Made by a program: the position numbers and the translations under genes. This document shows, piece by piece, positions 1 through 11,035 of a stretch of 64,000 nt of DNA; the first letter of the stretch is position 1; each line of letters starts with the position of its first letter. Source of the stretch: Selaginella moellendorffii (Eukaryota; Plantae; Lycopodiophyta); contig NW_003314300.1 in assembly GCF_000143415.4 (NCBI RefSeq), positions 718,825 to 782,824 on the forward strand, in the 5' to 3' direction. The notes under the pieces were generated by a model. The model did not search any database. It was not told the origin of the DNA and saw nothing but the letters and a program-made list of their open reading frames with translations.

Positions 1-50
1 TAAGAAATGCAGGTAACAAGCTTTCGTCGCTACAATAAAACCGACAGCAC

Positions 51-1991
51 CTGCTCGTAGCAGTTGACAAGCCACTGCAGGCCTTTTAGCTGGTATTCTT
101 TCAAGTTTCCGTGAAAGAGTGACGGTTGATCGACGGATGATGTTGTAGGCATAGTAGATCTGGAAAAATAGAGCGTCAACCTATGACAAGTAGAATGCGC
201 AATGAACTTACGGATGCAATAAATCGATGTTTTCGCCATGTCCTCGGGCTTCCTCCCCAGGTCCAACTTCCCGTAGCTTTGAGCATTCGTTGTCGAACAT
301 ATTTGTCTTCTCTTTCTGTTCAAAAGCAGCTTTCTCGGCAGCTCTTAAAGCCTCTTCTCTCAGAGCCGCTTCCTCTGCTGCATCGACTGGACCTTTTGAT
401 CCAGCCGGATCAGTTTCAAGCTCTAGAGACGCCTTCTGCCCCGTCAGCTTGTTCTGCATGAAATGGCTATAGAGTTCTGTTTGAGTGAGCAGAAAGTTAA
501 GACGTTGCTGCTGTCTTCTAGCTTCTCGAAACTCCTCGTCTCGCTTTAGAGCTTCAGCAGCATCCTTCTCTTCTCTTCTTCTGACTTCAGCCTGAAATAA
601 GAGTTCAAAGTTAGCCAAGGCACAACGAAAACAGGAAAAACACTCACTTGTTCCTTGTCCAGTTTCCTCCAGAAATTAATCATGTCACGCGCAAGCTTTC
701 TGTTCCGAATTGGCGCATTTTTCATTGCCCTCATGATTTTCGTGTTTCGAAGCTTAACCTGAGAGAAAGTACGTAAGAACTAACGTCAAACCATCAGTAA
801 GTTTACCTCCTTTTGACAGGCATCCGTCAAGCGTTTACACTCAGCCATTTGCTTCTTGTGATAAGTTGTGAAGGCCTTAAAATGCTTAGGCAAGTCCCTT
901 TTCACAAGGCTGACCCAGAACTTCGCAACCTTCTCAACATCCTCGTGCGCAATCTCTGTGGCATTCTTCGTCGTCGCTGGCTTCCTTTGTATTCTTCGTT
1001 GAATGACCTCATAGCCATCGCCCCTGTCAAGAACTTTTATGTCGTTCACCGGTAATTGCTTTTCTGTCCCCTGCTTCGTGACTGGCATCTCATACCCATT
1101 GATCAACCCTGTGGCCTTCTCCGCATCAAGTACACGTAGAGGAAATTTCGTCCTTGATGTGCCAGTCTTGTGCTTTACCACCACCAAAGGAACCGGTTCC
1201 TTCCCCACTCGTCGATCAGAGGCGATGATGTCCGCGACGCTTTTGAACGTCACAGGTCCGCTAAGAACGGATTCCTCAACCTGGATAGACGCCATGGTCG
1301 GCAGCTCAATGCTTTGAGCCAGCTGCTCGTAGAATGGCGGAACCAAAAACTTCAACCCCTCTCCCAAGTCGAGAAGTCGTTCATCCTGTAAAACCGACGA
1401 ATCGGCTTGTGAAGATCCCGCGACTGCCACCACCCCCGCCGTGTCCAGACACCTTCCCACAGCATTTGATGTTAGCCGAGCTGCGATGGCTTCCTTCAAA
1501 CAAGTCCGCCTATACTTTTGCAGATGCTCTCCAAGCAGACCCCTGTAATGCTCCTCGGATATCTGGACGCAATTGTCATCGTTGCTATCGGCATCGTCGC
1601 GGCATAAAGTCGCACTGCCAGCCTCGGCTTCCACTTGGACTCTTTTTCTTTTCAGCGTCATCTCTGCTTGGGAGCTCAGTGGAATTTCAGCTCTTTCCTC
1701 TTCCAACCGAAGCCTGGAGTTTCCTTCTGTAGAGCACACCACGACTTCGTTAGTCGAAACAAAACCACCGAACCAATAACAGTACCATCTTCTTGCTCCT
1801 CCAAGCTCGCAAAGTCATCCAGCTCCTCGGGAATGTGAAAGTTTAGCAATGGCTACGAGCAGAAATTTTTCTTAGCAAAGGCCAGCCACAGCCGATCGAC
1901 AGAATCCAACTGAAAAACTCACCTCCAAATTAAATAAGTCATCGACGGAATAGCTACACCCTTTCAATTCCCACTCCTCCGTCCTGTACAT
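51..1991 (-). CDS. INO80: Chromatin-remodelling ATPase INO80, 5' part (gene continues past the left edge)
   Basis: GT-AG exons 1991-1923 (MYRTEEW...DLFNLE), 1852-1786 (PLLNFHIP), 1726-807, 758-648, 591-212 and 159-51. They encode the DBINO motif REARRQQQRLNFLLTQTELYSHFM and the start of the SNF2 ATPase (FHGNLKEYQLKGLQWLVNCYEQ). Confidence 0.95.
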
Positions 1992-2773
1992 TGCGCGAAT
2001 CATCCATGAACCGCAAGAATCGCAGGAGAAATCACTCACCCGTTCTGCGAGGATGCCGGCATCGTCATCGCCGTGCGCGAATCCTCGCTCCCCGCATTCG
2101 TTCTCGGCAGCGCCTAGGCGGAGGACGAAGAAACCCTAGTAGGGCCGCACGGCAGCGCCATAGCCAGAGCCCTAGGGGAGGACCTTGTTGTTGATGCCAT
2201 GGAAGGGGTTGGCGCGCCCTAATGGACGGAATAGGGCCAGGGTGGGCGACATTTTGGGCAGGTGGCCATTTGGGGGGTCCTAACTCGACGTAGTGGTAGT
2301 AGTAAAGCATGGTGGCCATCGCTCGTCTTCTTCACCCCTTCTTCCCAAACAGTCCCCTCCAAATTTAAAGTGCTTCGTGTGAACGCGGCTTTTTATACTC
2401 GCTTCGGTTCGATTCCATTCCCTCCCATAAAACATCGTCATCAATCGGAAAAAAGAAAGGAAAAAACTAAAAAATTGTCTTTGGTTTTTATTCCTTGTTT
2501 CACAACAAATCTTTTCTTTTCTATCTTTCAATCTATCAATCAATTTTTGCCATGATTCGAAAAGAAATGGTGAACTACTTTTTTCCTTTGAAAATGTATT
2601 TTTATTTATCGAATTTTTATTTCATTGTGTGAGTGCATGAACCTCACATTTGGTTTTTATTCCTTGTTTTACAACAAATCTCTTCTCTCATGAGCATTTG
2701 TGCTCGCGATTTACAAAGTACACACTTCCAATCCAACACACTTGCGTGCCTTCTTTGTTCTTGTGAACTTCCT

Positions 2774-3961
<1,188 letters not shown>

Positions 3962-5046
3962 TGTCAATCACGAAGAACAGAGGGAAGAAACTCTTTTAAG
4001 AAACTTCCAGTGTTCTTTAGTGTGCGTCCTCTTTAGGATCGCTAGATTGCCAATGCAGCTGCGAGAGCTCCTAAAGAACTCTAGAAAGCTATAGCTATGC
4101 AGTGATCCCGAGGTGGCCTTTTGCTGACTACCCTGGGTCACTAGCAACGTAGAAGACTAGAATTCAACGATGGAGTTTCGACTTCCATGAGTTTTCGTTA
4201 TATATACACTATACCAGCTGTATGGAAAGCGATCAAACTACACAGTTAGTTCTAGAGTCGCCAAAAAGAGGTAAATTCACGGAGAAAAGTTCCTGCGCCA
4301 AAGACAACACAAACGAGGTGCTCTAGAGCTTCTCATTCCTCTTTATTCGCTCTATCTCGTCGTCTATTGTCTCTGTGGTTGGCACTCCATCACAGTTGGA
4401 TTAGAAATGGATCGATTGACAGGGGAAAGAAGAATCCTTCTCATTCACTCAAGTGTATTTCCCTTCTTTAATTGGATCTATCCTTCAAGCAGTCTGTGGG
4501 GGCAAAGTTGGCGACTTTGGTTTGTCCCCTTCTGGTTGTAGAGAGGTCTTAGTCTTTGATTGCAAACGTAGCTTTGCCCTTATAACAACCCATCTTGATC
4601 GTCCTCATTCGTTAGTGGGCATCTTTTCCCCAACTCCACGGATAAAATTTCTGCCATTCAGTTCTCTAGTTATTTCTTGGTGCTTCGTTAGCCTCAGTTA
4701 GTTGTAGTTAAAGAAGAGAGAAAAAACAAAAGGAAACACGAAAAATTAGTTTAAGAATTCCGAGAAAAGAGAAGCTCTTGTTCATCGATGGTCCACTCTA
4801 GCCAAGCGTCGCTGTTGGACGAGACACGAAATTATTGTACTCTTTTGTATCAGAGAATCCAATATTTGTGCTGGTTTTTAGGGCTTTTCGTGGAGATGGC
4901 GAGATGTTGCATTCTTAGTGCGTGGACGGACGAGTGGCTAGCTGACGACCTAGAATCACCGAAGCTTCGATGCCGTGGCTAAAATTTGGAGCGCATATGT
5001 GGCCCAGTGAGCCAGCAGCGAAACACCTCCCCGACCAAATTCATTT

Positions 5047-5232
5047 TGCTTAAGCAAACTTGGGATGGTAGTGAATATACTTCGAATATATTTGAATATT
5101 TTAAAATATTCTATCATCTAACGGTTATTATTCATTTAGATTAATTTTGTATTTGTAATTTATAAACATATTTATAAATTATAAATTTTCTTAAACCCTT
5201 TCTAGTATTTCTTGTTTATTCTATCATCTAAT
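5047..5232. repeat. AT-rich dispersed repeat; inverted homolog of 43900-44100
   Basis: The reverse complement aligns with 43900-44100, sharing the ttgcttaagcaa palindrome and the blocks ctatcatctaa, acggtt(a/c)ttattcatttagattaat and ttaaaccctttctagta. Confidence 0.8.
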
Positions 5233-5330
5233 AAAATTAATCTTGTATAGTTATAAACTTTATGAAACTACTATTAAACAAACTACGATACCTAAATTAG
5301 GGTTAGGGTTCTCTCGAGAGAGAAGAAACG

Positions 5331-5549
5331 ATGCCGGCGAACAGGCCCCGCGTCTTCGGATTGTTCGTCTACGCGCCCATCAAATCATCGCTCAATTCCG
5401 TCATCAACAGGGCCTGTGCTGCTGGATTGGGCACAATGCTCATCGTGGGTAGCTTCGCGGTTCACAGCCCGATCATCTTCAGCGCGGCCAAGAGCACGGC
5501 GACCGGCGCTGCGCTCAAGGATGTCGAGGAATCGAAGAATGCGAGCTAG
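5331..5549 (+). CDS. Small intronless 72-aa protein with one hydrophobic segment (unknown; weakly Tom6-like)
   Basis: ATG-to-TAG ORF that is GC-rich against an AT-rich left flank, preceded by telo-box repeats (ttagggttagggtt, ~5297-5310). Hydrophobic stretch ACAAGLGTMLIVGSFAVHSPIIF. Confidence 0.55.
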   Translation: MPANRPRVFGLFVYAPIKSSLNSVINRACAAGLGTMLIVGSFAVHSPIIFSAAKSTATGAALKDVEESKNAS

Positions 5550-5603
5550 ATCGCTGTAGATTGTTCCGAATTTCCTCTTTGTCGATTCGATCAAATAACT
5601 CAT

Positions 5604-5621
5604 AAACCCTAGTTAGGGTTT
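5604..5621. promoter_or_regulatory. Head-to-head telo-box pair (aaaccctagttagggttt) just upstream of the NOC4 ATG
   Basis: AAACCCTA-type motifs on both strands. Telo-boxes are established elements of plant ribosome-biogenesis gene promoters. Confidence 0.55.
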
Positions 5622-5633
5622 TTGCCTTCCCTG

Positions 5634-7933
5634 ATGAAAGTGGAGGAGGTGAGGGCGCTGGGGAGCGCGCTCCTCGTCTCCAGGGCTAATGTCAACAATT
5701 GCTCCACGCTCCTGTCGATCGTCTCCGCATTTTGCAAGCGCGGCGCCGGATCGTCCTCGTCTGTGGAATGTGTTCTCGAGGCTGTGCGGTGTCTCCAGGC
5801 GTTCTTTCTGCCCATTCTCTCGTCCCAGGGCGTTCTAGGGAAGCCGCAGAGCGACGGTGATGGCTCGGAGACTGCCGAGGCGATCTACAGAGCTTGGCTC
5901 AAGGACAAGTTTGAGGAGCTCATCGAGCTTCTCATTGCGATCGTGGCTGGGACCGAAGAACATCGACTCGAGGTTTTTTCTCTTTTGTATATTTCTTCTT
6001 CATTCTTCACAGAACTCCTGTTCTTGGACATAGAATGCGGCTTTGGATTCTTTGATGGAGTTGCTTCAAGCAAAGGATGGTCGTGTGGACAATGGAATCT
6101 ACTTCAAACTCTGCTCGGCTTTGACAAGGAAATCGAGTGAGAATGTTTTCGATGCGCTTGCGACAGAGCACTGCAAGGATGCGACTCTCTGGTATGCTTC
6201 CCATAGTATTTTGCTAGAAACCACATAGTAACTTTTATACTTCAGCTTCTATACTGTGAAGAACTTTGAGAAGCTTGTGTCTGCTCGCCTTCAAACGTCC
6301 CAAAGAGGTTAATCTTTACTCGTATCTCTGTAGCAGCTCTGACACTATAAATTGTCAGGAGTGGATGCTACGTTGTCCAGCGACGATGATAAGAGCGTAA
6401 GGTAGCGTTGCGTGAACGTATCTAGTTGCTACTTGAGGAAGCTTTTTGCAGTGTCGATACCTTCACCCGTAACGTGTATGGAGTCATTTCACGTCTCTCG
6501 CCCTCCGTTCAAGAAATTCTAAGCACTAGTAAGGACATTGTTTCTTGGATTCCGTGGCTGAGCTTGTTTGTCCAGACAAGAAGACCACTGAAAACGCTTT
6601 GGATAAAGAAGTAAGTTCTGGAAGAATTTCCTTGGACTAATCAGCAGTATGTATTTTGACAGTTTACCATCAATCGATTCAAATCTAAAATCAGAAATCT
6701 GTGGTTAAATTTCTTACAGCTTCCGCTACCTCTTGACGTCTATAAGATGGTGCGTGCTACTAGTTTCTCTTCCCTTAAACAAAATTTCTTTTCGATGCAG
6801 GTGCTTGCTAACATGTCCAAGGTCGTTTTCTCTATAATTTCGAATCCAATACGTCTCAGGTTTCTCCATGTTATTCTTTTTTTATTTTTTGCTGACTAAC
6901 TCGGTTTGTCTCAGTGACTTTCTTACCAAGTCGTATGATCTTGGTGGGGTTTACAGCGTTTTGGCTTTAGACAGCCTGCATATTCTGATGACAAAGTATG
7001 GACTGGAGTATCCTGAGTTTTATGAGAGGCTGTACGCTTTGTTGGAGCCATCGATGTTTTTCACAAAGTACCGGTCTCGATTTTTTGAGGTATGTCACGT
7101 AAAGTATCCTTATCGTCGACGGAATGTTTATGAATTCTTGCAGTTGCTGGATAGCTGCTTGAGGTCTCCACTCTTGCCAGCTTATCTAGCCGCGTCGTTT
7201 GCCAAGAAATTAAGTCGCTTGTCACTACATGCATCGCCAGCAGGATCACTAGTGGTGATAGCTATGGTTCACAATCTTCTTCGACGGCATCCTTCGATAA
7301 ATTGCCTTGTTCATCAGGTATTAACTCCAGCTTAAAGTTTAGACTAACCATTCGATCGCTTACGTTGTAGAGTTCTCGTTTGCGAGTTGCTAGTAAAGGT
7401 GAAGAAGATGTCTCGGACGCAAAGCTTGGAAGAGATCCCTACCTTGCGAACGAAAAGACATCTAATTGCCGCGCTCTGGGTAATGCTCTTCTTTTTTCTC
7501 GTGATTGCTTCACATTTCTTTTCTGTGTTTGCAGAGAGTTCGTTGTGGGAAATAGAAACACTTCGAAGGCATTACTGCCCTGCTGTGTCAAGGTAACGAA
7601 GTGTCCTTTAACGAAAGAACTGCCAAACTCTAGCGTTTTTCCAGATTTGTGAGCACGCTGGAAGCTGATCTTACCGTCAAGAGGAAGACCACGGAAGTTC
7701 AAATCAGCGATTTTTGTTCTGGATCCTATTCTACTATCTTCAACGAGGAGGTAAGTTTTGTGCGTTCGCGCGTAGTTTTTTTTCGTGGCTAAGTGAAGGC
7801 TTTTCAGACAAAGAGAAGATTAAAGCAAGTTCCTCTAGCTTATTACAAGGTTGTCCCAAACGCATTGTTTTCCAACAATGAAGAGTTTGCGGGCTGGAGC
7901 TTCCCAAAGGAAAAGAAGCTCAAAGTAATGTAA
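5634..7933 (+). CDS. NOC4: Nucleolar complex protein 4 (CBF/Mak21 domain), multi-exon
   Basis: N-terminus MKVEEVRALGSALLVSRANVNN. Internal exons encode DFLTKSYDLGGVYSVLAL, LEYPEFYERLYALL, LRSPLLPAYLAASFAKKLSRL and SSLWEIETLRRHYCP. Many short GT-AG introns; stop TAA at 7931-7933. Confidence 0.92.
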
Positions 7934-8049
7934 GATCTCGTCCGTTAATGCAGCCGGCCCGACGGACGGCTCGGATTGCTTCCTGTCCCGCCCGTGGCCC
8001 AGTTTAAACTCTCTTTGGGGTTTTATGTAAAGCTATCGTCGTAGCAGCG

Positions 8050-9340
8050 ATGGTGCTGACGAGGAAGCGCAGCGCCGAGCTCGCGTTCCAGGAGAAACTG
8101 TGAGTGAATCTCTATCGATTTTCTGGAAATCGATCGTTCTTGGATTGTTCCAGCTACAATGCGGACATCTGGGAGTGCATTGCGAGCTTCCTCGACGCGG
8201 CCGATCTAGCGCACCTCGCCCTCACGGCGCGGTTCTTCGTGCCGATAGCCATGGATGAGCGACTGTGGAAAGCGCTGTCGCTCAAGCGGCTCAAGATCGG
8301 CAGCGAGGCGGCGAAATTTCGGCCGCATTTCAGCTGGAGAGAGCTCTATCGATCGGCATTTGGTATGTACTCCTTGTCTCACAGATTCTTGTCCATGTTA
8401 ACGCGATCGGTCTCTTCCAGTCACTGGAAGCCATAGCTACAGCATCCATGAACGCGAGAAACATCGAGGTACTCGTTACGTATACAGTCTTTCATTCCAT
8501 GGTTACGTTTTCCTGTTCTAGATTGGATGCGAATAGGTGCTTTTACGCTCGTTTCCGGCAAGGCGCTCGCTGCTGGCAGGCTCTGGCAACGAATCTCAAA
8601 GTCAAAGAAGATGAAACTCGATGAGAGCTCGGCATTGTGCGTTGTGCCAAACGTGCTCCCTGGCATCTGGATCGCAGGTTTGCTTCAGTTCAAGGTTCCC
8701 TTCATCTATTCCTACGACGCTTTCATTTTACCTTTTTTTTTTTTTCTCTTTTTTGCTAGATCTTCATAGGATGCGCTGCGGCGGTTGTAACTTGCCTGCA
8801 TGCACTGGTTTGGGAGAATTGCATTTTCATTATCTTCTTAGATGAGCTAAGCCTTGTTTGCAGGGAGAATGCAGACACTGGACTTTCGTAACTGGGAGTT
8901 GTTCCTGCACGAAGAGTTCCAGAACAGAACATGGTCCTTTAAAGAAATCGGAGTCAGGAACATCCGTGAAAACTGTGACGCCGCAGCTGGAGCGGTGTTC
9001 GATTACAAGCGCTTGATCGACAAAGACACTGCCAATTCAGGTATCCTTTCTTTTCTTTGTTTCTTTGTCAGATGTTTCCTGCGGGCCACAGGCATTCTCA
9101 ATTTCAAATCATGGACCGCGAAGAACGGGAACTATCAACCGACAAGCCGCGTCTCTCCCTTCGGTGCGGCTGGATGTACCAATCTTGAAAAGAATGGCGG
9201 TGCGTATAGCAAAGGACTTTTACGCTGTTGTAGAGTTTTAAAAGCACACTTGTGCAGGTTTGCAAGTCAAGTTCTATGCCATGCATGCTGGGGTCGACGG
9301 GCCAGTGGTGGCCATTCGCGTTTCCCAGCAACTATTTTGA
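8050..9340 (+). CDS. F-box protein of the RMF/At3g61730-like family, multi-exon
   Basis: ATG at 8050 (MVLTRKR). F-box NADIWECIASFLDAADL...DERLWK, then GSHSY...WMRIGAF, MQTLDFRNWELFL, CTNLEKN and the C-terminus LQVKFYAMHAGVDGPVVAIRVSQQLF*, matching my memory of this family. Confidence 0.8.
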
Positions 9341-11035
9341 CTGATCGATAATGTGAAAGAAGGCCAAGTAACCTCTCCTACCTTTCAACAAAGGTGACAT
9401 CTTCTTCTTAACTTTTAGTAAGTGCCGTAGGTGAGAGCACCATCCTATCGAGGTTGAAACGCTAGAGTTCTTCGAAGCCGGTTTTACTTTGTGCTTGTTT
9501 TTTTACAGGTTGAAAAACACTTTTGTATGTTCCGTAGCAAAAACCAAATCGAGGTTGAAATGCGTGGAGGCGTTTCTAATTGTTCTTTTGAAATCTTTGC
9601 GTCGCAGGTTGCAAGTCTCATGTTCTCACGTCAGTCCTAAGACTGCTAAAAGCAGCTGGTCCCTTCGCTCTCTACTCGGAAGGAAAAACGAGTTGCTGAT
9701 CCAATCGATGACTAGTGGTGGATGATGCTCGGCTTTCATCAGGATGATGGAGATCACCAGGGGATAAACTTCAAACCGTATTTCATTACCGCAGGCTTGT
9801 TAGTTTGAGCAGCTTCGTTTTGGGATTGTTACAGCTAACAGGTCCTCGCCGGGCGCCTCCTCCTCTGGCAAAGGTTTAGTTGAGGTTTCTTTTCTTCGTT
9901 TTCCAGTACCTCTCTAATCGTGGTTCTTATAGAATTGGAGCGCTGGATGTACGTGTTGTAAGCCACCACCACGTTCTTCGTGTAAGGTATGATGGCAGCA
10001 GTATATTCTAGTGTCTAGTTTCCCTCATACTCTAACAATGTCAACTGAGGTTGCATGTACCTCGAGCGGCATTTTTCTTGATTTTTTCCTTGGCCTGCCT
10101 GATCGATTCTTTTGTAAAAGATCCCCTCCAGTACGAGTCATCAGATTAGATTCATTGCACCTGCCCGTGATTTTTTCTCACGGTTTAGTTTAGTTTGCTT
10201 CCTTCTCAGTTACCAACCACCGTCTTTCTCTTAATCCTCTAGAGTCAAATTTTTGGGATCCAAAGGAATTGGTGTGAGTGGATCCACCCCCTAGTTGTTG
10301 GGGCTGTAGCTATTTAGCTACACTGCCCCACGGATGGAGATGGCCTCCCGAATGATAGGAGCCCAACCAACGGCTGCGATGCAAGCCAGAGCGCCCGAAC
10401 GTTCGTATTCCTTCTCGAGTCGCTGTCATGAAAGATTCCGCCGAGCTGGCGCGAGTGTCGCTCTTCGTGAGCCGTCGATGCTTGTGCGCTGAGGCTGTTG
10501 GACTGCGTAGCATGAGCCACGTGCATGGTATCGCCAAATGGCAGTTTCATTTTCTTTTTATTTGCTAGCAGTATATTCTAAGCCCATGAAATTATCTTTT
10601 ACAGGACGTCCGGTCGGAATGGAGCTGTAGAACACACTCCTAAGATTCTGTGGGGGAGGAGCAATGGATTCCATGTAGCAGCGTTGCTGAAGGCGAGAGC
10701 GACGAGGTATGTGACAGCGTCTCTCCATTGAATTCCTGTGGTGCACAAGCTGTACGTCAAAAGTTTCCAAGGCGAGCTTCCGCTTTGATTGATCTCCTTC
10801 CCGTCGTAGTTACTTTTTAAGTTACAACCCGTGCTTTGAGCTTGGTTCGTATCGATTTCGACGCGGCCTTCCAATTTCCAAATCTACAGTCTGGCTGCTC
10901 CTTACAGACCAATGTTTCTCTCCTGTGTTGACACTTGGTCCTTAGCGTCTGCGTGTTCGTTGTCTCCTCGTGCTGCTCGTCCTGAATCTACAAAACTTTT
11001 TGTTTCAGGTTGAGAAGCCAGATTTCCCGAAAAGA

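Noticed and set aside
4495-4530. KVGDFGLS kinase-like motif
   Set aside because: An isolated 8-aa match with no other kinase subdomains nearby; at most a tiny remnant.
5297-5310. Telomere-like TTAGGG repeats as a telomere remnant or telomerase RNA template
   Set aside because: Only two units, in a promoter position like other telo-boxes (2131, 5604, 16732, 29211); better explained as cis-elements.
9988-10050. Possible C/D box snoRNA (ATGATGG...CTGA)
   Set aside because: The C box is imperfect and I found only a mismatched complementarity to remembered rRNA sequence; not supportable without snoscan or Rfam.
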